Assembly: GCA_000934665.2 (NCBI GenBank)
Contig: KZ539096.1
Location: forward strand, 1 to 34,011
Source of the DNA: Catajapyx aquilonaris
Taxonomy: Eukaryota
DNA: 34,011 nt
Reading direction: 5' to 3'
This document shows, piece after piece, positions 11,637-23,302 of the stretch. Position 1 is the stretch's first letter. Each line of letters opens with the position of its first letter. Position numbers and translations under genes: made by a program. The notes under the pieces were generated by a model. That model ran no database searches. It had not been told where the DNA came from and was given only the letters and a program-made list of their open reading frames with translations.

Positions 11637-14600
11637 GCACGACAAGATTCAGGGTGCGAGCGTGGAGTTCAAGAAAGAGTTTCCATGGCGAGACGCGGTG
11701 AAGATGAAAATTGGCGAAGGCGATCTGATCGTGAGGCAGCACCAGGACGCGGTCGCACGCGGCTACCCGCAGCCGGTGATCTGGGTTATGGAGTACCTGA
11801 TGGTCAACAAGGAGGGAGTCCAGTATGGTCGGAACTACCGTATGGCCGGGTGGTACAGCTATTGCTTCCTGTCCACCGCCATGTTCACCTGGACTGCAGG
11901 GTACTTCCTCTCCTTCGCACTGGTGGGGATATACGCCCAGTGGGTAGCCACGACCGGGATGTTGATGCTGGGCGCCTCCGCTGTGTTCAGGTTCCACCGG
12001 AGCCCTTACTCCGACATGCGCGTACCGCTGTACGGACCGGACTTCGACACCGCTTTCCTGCAACTGAGTTACGGCCCTCCCTTCTACTTGTCCATGTACG
12101 TCGGAGCCATCCTTGCCATCTGCGGGATGGTCCTGGTCTCGCTGGAGAAGAGTAGGCCGGCGATTGTCAACAGGTTCTTCGGCATCAAAACAGCGGTCAC
12201 GTACATTACGGAGTTGAGGAGGGAGAGAGTGCACGTGAAGATGAAGAAGAGGGGCAGGAAGAAGAGGGGGGAACCAAAGACGGTGGGATATGTGGATGAG
12301 TGGGTGGAGGAGCCGCCTGTGGCACTGGCCGCCTCGAGGCCTACAACGTCTCCACCGCCACCGTCGTCGCCACCCATGCCGTCTACACCGCAGTCGTGGT
12401 CACCACTGTCTTGGGTATCATCGCTGGGGTCCCAACAGCCGCCGCCTCCAGCGGGCGTGGGCATGGAGGAAGAGATGGAGCAGAAGAGTCCTTCCCAGTC
12501 CTCCGATGGCACGTCGAGGAGCGGTAAGACCAGCGGTACGGAGCAGGAGAGTTTGCTGTCTTGGTTGTCTCACGGCAAGCCGAGGGGCCGAAAGACAAGC
12601 CAAGGGAGCGATTCTTGGTTGTCCCACGAGGATGAGACGAGTAGCGGAAAGACAAGCGGTGCGGAGGAGGAAAGTGACTCCCAATCGTTGGGAGAAGCGT
12701 GGATAACCGGAGACAGTGGCAGCGGTCAGGAACGGAGGAGAGTGTCACAGTCGTCCGAGACCAAGTCTGGGAGCAGTAAGACTACCGGTAGCCATCAGGA
12801 CAGTACGTCCCAGTCGTCCGAGGTCAAGTCCAGGAGCGGAAAGACAAGCGAAACCGAGGAGGAGACTACGTCCAGGTCGTCCGAAAGCAAATCTTGGGGC
12901 GGAAAGACAGGCGGGACCCAGGAAGAGAGTGAGTCCAGGTCGTCCAAGGTCAAGTCGAAGAGCCAAAAGACCAGCGGTGGGGAGGAGAGCAGTGAGTCCC
13001 AGTCGCCCGAGGTCAAGCCAAGGCGCAGAAAGAGCAGCGATTATTGGCATGACAGTCTGTCCGCCCAACCGACAAGCGGGAATCAGGACGAGACTACGTC
13101 CAGGTTATCCGAAAGCAAGTCGAGGGGCGGAAAGACAAGCGGGACCCAGGCCGATACTACGTCCAGGTCGACTGAAAGCAAGTTTAGCGACGGAAAGACA
13201 AGCGGTACCCAGGACGAGACTACGTCCAGGTCGACCGAAAGCAAGTCGAGGGGCGGAAAGACAAGCGGTACCCAGGAGGTGAGTACGTCCAGATCGACCG
13301 AAAGCAAGTCTAGGGGTGGAAAGACAAGTGGTACCCAGGACGAGACTACGTCCAGGTCGACCGAAAGCAAGTCTAGCGACGGAAAGACAACCGGTACCCA
13401 GGACGAGACTACGTCCAGGTCGACCGAAAGCAAGTCTAGCGACGGAAAGACAAGCGGGACCCAGGACGAGACTACGTCCAGGTCGACCGAAAGCAAGTCC
13501 AGGGGCGGAAAGACCAGCGGGACCCAGGAGGAGAGTACGTCCAGGTCGTCCGAAAGCAAGTCGAAGAGCCAAAAGACCAGCGATGGGGAGGAGGACAGTA
13601 CGTCCCAGTCGTCCGAGGTCAAGTCAAGGAGCAGAAAGAGCAGCGATGATGGGCGGGACAGTGTGTCCAGGTCGTCCGAGAGAAAGTCTAGGGGAGGGAA
13701 GACCAGCGGTGGGGAGGAGGACAGTGCGTCCCAGTCGTCCGAGGTCAAGCCAAAGAGCAGAAAGAGCAGCGATGATGGGCAGGACAGTGTGTCCAGGTCG
13801 TCCGAGAGAAAGTCTAGGAGAGGGAAGACCAGCGGTGGGGAGGAGGACAGTGCGTCCCAGTCGTCCGAGGTCAAGCCAAAGAGCAGAAAGAGCAGCGATG
13901 ATGGGCAGGACAGTGTGTCCAGGTCGTCCGAGAGAAAGTCTAGGAGAGGGAAGACCAGCGGTGGGGAGGAGGACAGTGCGTCCCAGTCGTCCGAGGTCAA
14001 GCCAAAGAGCAGAAAGAGCAGCGATGATGGGCAGGACAGTGTGTCCAGGTCGTCCGAGAGAAAGTCTAGGAGAGGGAAGACCAGCGGTGGGGAGGAGGAC
14101 AGTGCGTCCCAGTCGTCCGAGGTCAAGCCAAAGAGCAGAAAGAGCAGCGATGATGGGCAGGACAGTGTGTCCAGGTCGTCCGAGAGAAAGTCTAGGAGAG
14201 GGAAGACCAGCGGTGGGGAGGAGGACAGTGCGTCCCAGTTGTCGGAGGTCAAGTCGAGGAGCAGAAAGAGTAGCGATGCAGGGCAGGACAGTGTGTCCCA
14301 ATCGTCCGAGGTCAAGTCGAGGAGCAGGAAGAGCAGCAATGCAGAGCAGGAGGGTGTGTCCCAATCGTCCGAGGTCAAGTCGAGGAGCAGGAAGAGCAGC
14401 GATGCAGAGCAGGAGGGTGTGTCCCAATCGTCCGAGGTCAAGTCGAGGAGCAGGAAGAGCAGCCATGCAGGGCAGGACAGTGCGTCCCTGTCTCCCGAGG
14501 TCAAGCCAAGGCGCAGAAAGAGCGGAGATGTTTGGCAAGACAGTCTGTCCAGGTCGTCCGAGAGCAAGTCTAGGGGAGGGAAGACCAGCGGTGGGGAGGA

Positions 14601-15342
14601 GGACAGTGCGTCCAGGTCGTCTGAGGTCAAGTCGAAGAGCAGAAAGAGCAGCGATGATGGGCAGGACAGTGTCTCCAGGTCGTCTGAGAGAAAGTCTAGG
14701 GACGGAAAGACCAGCGGTGGGGAGGAGGACAGTGTGTCGGAGGTCAAGTCGAGGAGCAGAAAGAGTAGCGATGCAGGGCAGGACAGTGCGTCCCAATCGT
14801 CCGAGGTCAAGTCGAGGAGCAGGAAGAGCAGCGATGCAGAGCAGGACAGTGTGTCCCAATCGTCCGAGGTCAAGTCGAGGAGCAGGAAGAGCAGCGATGC
14901 AGAGCAGGACAGTGTGTCCCAATCGTCTGAGGTCAAGTCGAGGAGCAGGAAGAGCAGTCATGCAGGGCAGGACCGTGCGTCCCTGTCTCCCGAGGTCAAG
15001 TCGAGGAGCAGGAAGAGCAGCGATGCGTCGAAGTCGTCCGAGGTCAAGTCTAGGGGCGGAAAGAGCAGCGCTCCCGACCAGATGAGTTTATCCGAAAGCG
15101 AAGACTCGGATTCCCTGGATGTGTACGAGGATGCGGAGTCAGGGTCGATGCCCCCGAGACGTCGAAGGCTCACCTCGGTGGAACTTAAGGACCTCAGCAT
15201 CCACTTCCAGCTGCCTGATGAAGAACAGGAGCCTCCTCTGCGCCAGATTACTGCCAAGCAGAAGAAGCAGAAAAAGAAGAAGAAGCGTCATGAGGATGAC
15301 GAAGACCCCATTTGCGGATGGTGCGGGCTCATGTGGTGCTAG
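11637..15342 (+). CDS. DUOXA: DUOXA-like gene, coding exon 2: rest of the DUOXA domain plus ~1000 aa repetitive Ser-rich tail
   Basis: Acceptor ttttgctcag|G completes GGG in frame. Motifs EFPWR, AVARGYPQPVIWVMEYL, EGVQYGRNYRMAGWYS, TTGMLML and YGPPFYL...G.....G match DUOXA (ALxxGLPxPI/VLxxAEYF, YRxAGxY, GxxFW/Y). Three more TM helices follow. Stop TAG at 15340-15342. Confidence 0.85.
12500..15070 (+). repeat. Coding tandem repeat, 63-bp/21-aa unit with a 126-bp/42-aa higher-order array (13696-14199)
   Basis: Units such as SGTQDETTSRSTESKSRGGKT. Four near-identical copies of GKTSGGEEDSASQSSEVKPKSRKSSDDGQDSVSRSSERKSRR start at 13696, 13822, 13948 and 14074, with a partial fifth from 14200. Confidence 0.95.
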
Positions 15343-15457
15343 AACTGAACCATTCTTGCGATTCAAGAGGACGCAGAATGAAGGGTCGTATGTGCAAGTG
15401 ATGGAGTAGTTAATTTTCACCTCAGATTTTAAAGTGTTACTGAGTCTTTTGAATTGT

Positions 15458-15505
15458 AATAAAGTCAGTTACATGTTCATGTAGCAGCAGAGTCTGCCGA
15501 ATAAA
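15458..15505 (+). terminator. Polyadenylation signals of the DUOXA-like gene
   Basis: AATAAA at 15458-15463 and 15500-15505, ~115 and ~160 bp after the stop. Confidence 0.6.
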
Positions 15506-18500
15506 CGTAATATTTAAGTTATTACGCTGCTTCCCAACAAAACCTGCCCATATCCGAATCATTACTGTGAAACACAATTTCTTTCAGCCCAAACTTTTTC
15601 CGTCTGGTTCGATCCTTATCAAAGACAAGCAACAGTTGTTACTGGTTCTATTGGCCAAATCTTGTGTTTCTAAAGGGCTGTCCAGGTAGTGTGGAAACTT
15701 CAGCAGCTTGTTTATGACGAAAGCAGTGCTCAACACCTCCATCTGCTAGAAGCCTGCGATTTTCGAAAATTGTGCCAGGGTCGAGAATGTCATTTTTATT
15801 TATTTTTTTCGAATGTGGGGGAGGGGGGGGGAGTGGTTGACGCAGACAAATGTTTGGTCGGTGAAAGACCATCAGTCATACCCTTCTGATTTGTCCGGAG
15901 TGTAAGAGTGAAACGTCTATTCTGCTGTCAGCCTGATCCCTTGTGTACATCCAGTGCTACGGGGGTTGGAAGCCCATTTGTCATTAGGCTTATGGAATCA
16001 AGTCTGGACACTGTCCAGATTTTGCAGGTTTTGTCCCCTCCTAGTTTTCTGGACTTTGGAGCAAGACTTGACCAGGAGGGACCATTATAATAAATTACAT
16101 TTAAAGTGCGCAAATGTTATGCAACCTACGACTTGTTTGTTCAACTCTATTCTTGTCAACAATGCACATGCAGCCAACAAATATTATTCTAGCCTTAACA
16201 AGATGTTCAAAATGCAAGTGAATTGTATTCCTTCACCCACACATCAACCCATCCACACCCACACACGTGCCCACACATAATTTTTTTCAAGCCTGCACTT
16301 TGAAACAATTGTTCAAAAAAGATAAGCTGCTTATGACTTTCGCATTGTCTTTAGACATCCGGTTTAATTTAAAGCCAGTTTTTCCCTCCAATATTTTGCT
16401 TAGAAAAGAAACGCTCATTGTTTCAACTTTTCAAGAGCCTGGAGCTGCCTGGATACTTGAATGGGGACAGGACTCATATTATTTGTGTTCAGAATTTTTA
16501 AAAATATTCTTACATATTTTCCTAGAAATTAATTAGCTCTGTAAAATTAATAGCTGCTCAGGATTCGAGCCCAGAACTTTGAAGGCAAGAAACATCAAGC
16601 CTTGTTGATATGTTAATGGAATATTCATAGGACAGTTACTTAATTCTCTATTAAATTTATTAGTTAACACGTTTAAGGATAACTAAGCCGGCTATATGGT
16701 TTTTCATTATCAGCTGCTGTTTGTTTGCTTATTTTGTTTTATATATGTAACAATAGGCGAGAACGAAACAGGGGTGTCCTTTGTTCTTTCCATAGGCTTT
16801 ATCTGCATTTAGATCAAAATTATGAATAAACCGACAATAATAATTCATGCTGATAATTGTTAGTGTTGTATGACTTGTTCGCTTGAATAACATTCAGCTT
16901 ATTGCATGCTGTTTTGACAATCCGGAGGGATTTGGTGGTCAGAATAATTATTATTATGCAGTATGCTATGATTAAACAGCCGTTAAATTAAACACTAAAA
17001 TATGCCTGCAAAAAGCGTGATATTTGAACTGTAGTTCTCCGTGTCAGTAGAGTGATACAGTCATTGATATTTTACTTTTAGATGTACCGTACTTTGAATT
17101 TAAACCACAGTTATTTTAAGTCTCCGTTGACTCGACAAAAAAGCTGCAAAAAATTGCACGCAATGCAGATAGCTAATAATAATAAACTGCAGCTACGTGG
17201 TGCATAATTGTACTGGCATGTAAGCTGCTTTAATATACAGTATGATTAATACGACGACAACCTTTTATCCCATAGCAAAGCTATTTAAAAAACCTAATCC
17301 TTAAATCCCGCTTAATTAATTAACTTAAAAGACACAAATCTTAAACGAAATCTCATCTAAAGATTAATACTCGAACTCAAATTAAAAGACCCAAAATCTT
17401 CCTTTGCTTCATAGACTCTTGGCAAAAAGCTTCATTCGAAAGCAAGTACTCTCAGCAATGTAAGAAAGACTCTGTTACTTTTTTTGATCCTACTTGTAAA
17501 GAGATTTCCTTCAAATTTCTTTAGAATTTTTTTCCAGAGTTTATAGAGTGATGCTTTCAACAATCTTTCCCTTGAAGTAAATGGAACGATCCTTAGAGGC
17601 CCACTGATGGCTTAATGGGATAGTCACCGTCGAGGGTCTCTCAGCCGCCATACTAAAGCGGCTTTTCCGTAACAAAATTACCAGGCTAGCTCCTTTCCGT
17701 CCGACTCTTGCCTTGGTCCTTATCTCACTATCTATTCAGCTTTTGCAAAAGAGCCGGATAATCGCTGCAACTAGGAAGCAAACACGTTAATTTTTAAAGT
17801 GTTTTCTACTACGACTTGGAGCAGGTATACATTATGAAGTTCAGCTGATAGCCACTAGCTCCGCCACTTGCAGAAATCGCAGTAAAATTATAAAAATGAA
17901 ATCAAATAAACTATATCATATCGCTTTAAAGTTTAAGCCATATCCAGCCAGGCCAGCTTTAAAAGAAACCCCATTTGCATATCAAAAATCGGGTGAAAAA
18001 TAGTACCCGCTTTTCCCTCACCATCATAAAAAAAACCCTGGTCCTCATGCCCTGTCAACTTTGCTCAAACTCTGGAGCCGACGATGATGCATAAGTAATA
18101 CGAAAGCGCTTGCAATATTTCTCGCGCCTTATGCGTCGCCCATTTTGGCTCCATCTGGAAAGCTCAATCTGAGACCGGGTTTAGAGGGTCTGACTCCCAA
18201 AGGCATCACTTCTTCTGATTGCTAACATCTCACCTAAAATATTGGCAACAAACTGGACATAAAAAGGACACAAGTTTGGACTAAAGATGGAGGCTTTGGA
18301 CCAAAAATTGCATATAAGATGTAGGCAGAAAGAGAGGCTAAAATGTGATGATACAGGTGTGAGGAAGGATAGTTAATTAACTTCCGAGCTTGTATAAGCG
18401 TGATATTAGAGCCAACACGGTGGCGTAGCGCCTTCCGTTTTAATTACGGCACACAGGCGTTAACGAGTCGATAAAGTCCCGCTTTCATTATGCCCCCAGG

Positions 18501-18651
18501 AGGGGGTGGTACCCAATATCACAATCGACACACTTTTTCGTCACATCACATCGGGGATATGAGCTGATGATGACCCCTAGACACACGCGGCAACACACCG
18601 ACTTGCGCTCTCAATAAGCTATGGGGACGTTGAAAACACAACTTTTCGAAG

Positions 18652-18934
18652 CTAGTGTAAATTAACTTTACACTAGGTTTACGCTAGGTTTACACTAGGT
18701 TAGGTTAGGTTAGGTTAGGTTATAACGTAACGTAACCTAGGTTAGTTTAGTTTAGGTTAGGTTAGGTTATAACCTAACCTAACCTAGGCTGAGAGAAATG
18801 GACTTCTGTGAAACCCTGCAAATCGAAATTGTGAGGCCATGTCCCCCCACTATAACGGTAACGTTATGGTGTGTGAAGATGTGGGGACCCAAAATGTCCC
18901 TACAAGAAAAATTGTGGGGACACTAGTCCCCACA
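18652..18934. repeat. Interstitial (TTAGG)n telomere-like palindromic block, probably inside a non-autonomous DNA element
   Basis: TTAGG/CCTAA runs at 18695-18788, a perfect 34-bp palindrome at 18753-18786, three 11-bp TTTACRCTAGG units, and the hairpin TGTGGGGAC-acta-GTCCCCACA at 18913-18934. Confidence 0.7.
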
Positions 18935-21900
18935 GTTACAGTAAAAACACATACTTCCGTTGCCACAGCTTCATGAAGATAAAAACATACTTGATACAAC
19001 TAATTTCATAGATTTGTTTTTATTGTACTTTTGTTGATTTTGCGAATGGTCACTGACCTCAGGGTTGCCAGGTGTGTCTAGTGAGCAAATATTTAAAGAG
19101 TTTCTTGGTTCCACGCACAGTGTTTGTCGATTTTGAGCCCGAGTTTTTGTTGCGGTTACCACCTGCCAAGATTCCTCTGCTTACTTTTCCTTCCATAGCA
19201 AACTTGTTGAGAGAACCAGCAAATGGCGGAGAACCCCAGGCATTTCGTGCGTCAATGGCGTATGTTGCTCTCTCTCACTCCTCGCAAAATAATGTAAACT
19301 TTTTCTGCGGTTTTTTTCAGGTCGACAAAGAAATGGCAAAAGGAAAGCTGTTACTTCAAGAAACGAAGAGTTATTCGCTCTTAATATTCTATAGAACACC
19401 AGGTCGGTATTCAGATCTTTACAACGTTTGAACACCCTGTACTGTCTAAGAAAAGCAAGTCCTGGTCATAATGGTCCTAGTTTTACGAGTCGTGAGGCGG
19501 ACTTAATTTAGAAGCTAAAAGGTATTTAAGTAATCAGCGTTTTCTCCAAATGCAGATGGAATCGCGGTCGCTCTTTAAAGCGTCCAATCCCAATTTAATT
19601 CCCACCAAGGCGCGAATCCCTGGAAAATGGGAGCTAAATTATGCAAGCAAGCTTCCCCTCGAAAATGACCACTAGAAAATTTTTGCATCTAAAAATTAAT
19701 AGGTATTTGCCCATAATTTTAATTGAATTACAGGGTTGTCCAACATGCAAATCAACTTTAACAATGGCCACCCCCCAAAAAAAGCAAACATGTTGACACA
19801 ATTTTCATCGGGCAGATAACCCGCCCACGACTTATCTGTAATTCATTCTGCCAGAAGCCATTAAGTCAACGTGTGGAAAAAATAGCAGCTTGTTTTTCTG
19901 TTATCGTGTTATTCCAATCTGTTTTCGTTAGCCGTTACGTTTGCGGTTATCTTCTCGGACCAGGAGGTTGAGCGTGATTAAATCGCGGAACTTGAAATGT
20001 GCGTGTGCACCTGAAGCTACATTGTAAGCTTCATTGGGCTTTTCTGGCCTGTCATGAGCATAGCTTGTAAGCTGCAGGCTAGTAAACTATATAACTCTCC
20101 AGTTCAAGAGACTAACATAAACAAACTAGCTTAAAGAGAAGCTACAATCAAAATAAGCTCAATGCGATATAAGTGTCATACACATCAGCTGAGTTTGACC
20201 TAAACTGTCATGGCGTCCAGATCCAATCTATATTTTTATATTGTTTTTTTTGCGGAAACGGTGCCGAGGGACTTTGTAAAACTCAAAAAACGCACAAAAA
20301 ACCGACCTCGTCCTTTCCACGGAATTCCCATTTCCGCCGTTCCGGAGCCACCTCCTGGGTGGCGACTCGCTTACTTCTGCACTTCACCGTAGGATGTCGC
20401 TTCGATGCTGCTGCCTGGTGCGGGTCTCTCTCTCCCTCTCTCTCGCTTTCTCTCGCACTTTTGCCAAATTTTGTGCCAAATTTTGGCAAGTTGGTGCCTA
20501 CTATGTTACTATTTAATGAACAATCAATATCTGTCCCTCTTGGACGGTGGACTTTCCCAGCACATTTCGGAGGCATGTAAGGATTCTAGGGCCTAACTCC
20601 GACAAAGGATCAAGTGCCTATTATGATATGCAAGAACGTACCGCAGGTATTGCATGAGTGGAATTGGGAACAGCAGAGCATAACGAAGCTAATATTTAGT
20701 CATAGTCGTAGCTGCACGAGTTGATCAAAAGCCTTTTGATCTTTCGGTCTTGCGATAGGCTTGCCTTTTTATAGGAACAAAACATGTTGGCGAAACTGAT
20801 AATCTGTTTGCTTGTTTGTCCATATGATACCACAGGTGGCGAGTGCAAGTGATGACTCGCCCCGGACAGACACATAGCCGATCATTATTAAAAGGTAAAA
20901 AAATTTAAATATTGATTACTTGATGGGTGGCCAGTATAGGCAGTGTTTGGCGAATGTAAATGGGTAAGTCCGATGGTGTCGTAAGTATTTATTGCAGGTA
21001 ATATAGAGCAAATTTATGGCGCCAGGGGAGCTGCAGTTGGCGGAGCTAATTAAATGAGGCGTAGTTTACCCACAAAGTTGGGCTTCAAGCGGGCATGCTC
21101 CTTTAATTACTTCCAGAATACGGTCCTCCTAGGTACACACAATGCGTATGTCTAGGCCCTAAGGTACTGTACATACAAGTCACCTGAGAGCTGACCTTTT
21201 TAAAGTGCTGGCCAATGAAAATTATAACAAGCTACTTAAAATTTATAATTAAACACCATCAGTAATGGAAACAGAAAAGGATGTCATATGAATGAAAATG
21301 GGATTGAAAATTATCAATAATTTTAAAAAATTGGTATATTTGGCAGGATTTGATCCACCGACCCTCTACGTTGAGGCCCCACAGGACTACTGTATTAATA
21401 ACATTTCTCAGTAAGTTTTGATTGAATTTTTTTGCTTAATTTTTATTCATTTCCGATATAGAGTTTTAATTTTGGGTTTTGTAGTCAGCATATAATTATT
21501 ATGTACTGTACAGTACATTTACACGTCCCAGCCTGTGGTTTTCCGTACTTTTGCTGACATTCAACATACGCAAAAAAAAACTCTGCAAACTTCATCATGT
21601 AAATGGAACCTGCTCTTAAGCGACAATGCGCAGATTCTGCACCATCCCCCGCAAAAAAAATGCACCTAAATCTCCTCTATAATCGTCCTGGACAAGCACC
21701 TCCACTTTACATGTACACATTTCAAAATCCTAGCTTTAAATTTTTTTTGAACAGGGTTGTTTATAAAGCGGCGGATTAAACTGTGCTATACCTGCAGGCC
21801 GAATTCTGCGGTGAACAAACCAGTCCAATCATGGTCTCCACATCAATTGGTGTCAGCGACGTGTGACGTCACAAAAAAAGGATTGGGTTTTCATAGGTGG

Positions 21901-23270
21901 TTACTTCAAAAAAAAAAAAAAAAACGGATAATTTTTTGGGCCCAATTGCAGCAAAAAGGTGGTGGGTTTATGGATGAGTTGGCTTTTTTTTTTGGCAAAA
22001 ATGCGTATTTGCAATGTTTTTCCCTACAAAGGACCGCCGCTTTGAATAACTGTCGGAGAAAGGTATGGAGTGAAATATGCAAATGGGTGTTTTCACGGTA
22101 AATGTGTGGGGAAATATGGCGTGCCTGGAGTAATATTCAGACATTGCAAAAAGTTTGCGTTCCGAGCGAATTCGTGTTTTTTTTTAAAACACTGCGGTTG
22201 TTATGAGTTGCAGGCTGGTGGAAATGGTAGTCTGTAGACTATAAAGGCTATAGTGTGCATAAACAGTGATTCCTTTAGGTGCATATATGAGCAATATTTG
22301 GACTTAGGCTAAATTGAAAAAAAGAGTAATCGCAATCAGCAATTTTCTGAAACTGATTTTATGTCGAAAAATTAAGTTGGCAACCTGCAACTGTCAGGAA
22401 TTTCTTTCAAAAAAAAACTTGTCGTATATTTGAAAGGAAGTCTGCTCGTATAGCAACGACTTTTGTAAGACATTCTAAGAGTTAGGATTAGGAATTTTAA
22501 CCTTTACAAGACGCCTCCCAATTTCCAATCTAGCCTAGTAGTACCCTGGTCCTTTTACAAGTTGCGAATAGTTTCCTGATTAATTTGGCTGCTTTTGAAC
22601 CGCGAACATGGACCTAGAAGGGATATCATAGTTTTTTTAAACAAAAAATCTGGGTAAAAAAAAGGTGGAGATGAAGTGTAACATATTTGAATAGGCATTA
22701 ATTATCCTTGCTGGAAGTAATGTCCCGAAATTGTGTTTTCGTTGTATAATAAGTCCACAGTATAGGCTGCATAATGTTGATGTTAAAATATTTTAATGCA
22801 TCCCATTATAACTTTATTTATTTTATGTTTTTACGAGAATCTTTCCCTTTATATTTCCTATATACTGATTATTATAATTATCATTATGATTATAATTTAA
22901 TATTCCATCTCTACTCGAGTGCGTCAGCTCCAGCTTTGAAACCTACAGTATACATTTCAATTTCGAAATATCCTGCAGCTAGCTTCATTCATGCAACAAA
23001 CCATTACCTTTTATATGGTACACGAATATTCTTCCCTCGAATATTTCTCTCGGGGAATATTTCATTCCAGGTCTGCCTCGGAAATCCCACATTCAGACCT
23101 ACCCTGTGGAATTCCAGGCTGAGGTACAGTATAGTATGATACATGCCTTCCCTTCAATTAACACCCTGAAAAAAAAACCTGCCAAATTTTTCCAACCTAA
23201 TAATCAGCATCCCTATTGGACTATTGCACGATTACAGTCATGCTAGAATTCGATTACATTCCCCCCCCCC

Positions 23271-23302
23271 NNNNNNNNNNNNNNNNNNNNNNNNNNNNNN
23301 NN
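23271..23302. other. Assembly gap
   Basis: Run of N within poly-C. Confidence 1.

Noticed and set aside
13083..15085. Long alternative-frame and antisense ORFs (617, 589 and 445 aa)
   Set aside because: Shadows of the stop-poor coding repeat. Only the 11637-15342 frame is continuous with the DUOXA domain.
18695..18788. True telomere or chromosome fusion site
   Set aside because: Very short, inside an intron of an intact gene, and embedded in element-like hairpins.
20240..20480. GC-rich patch with CT/GAGA repeats as an internal promoter
   Set aside because: No linked exon or TSS can be supported from sequence alone.
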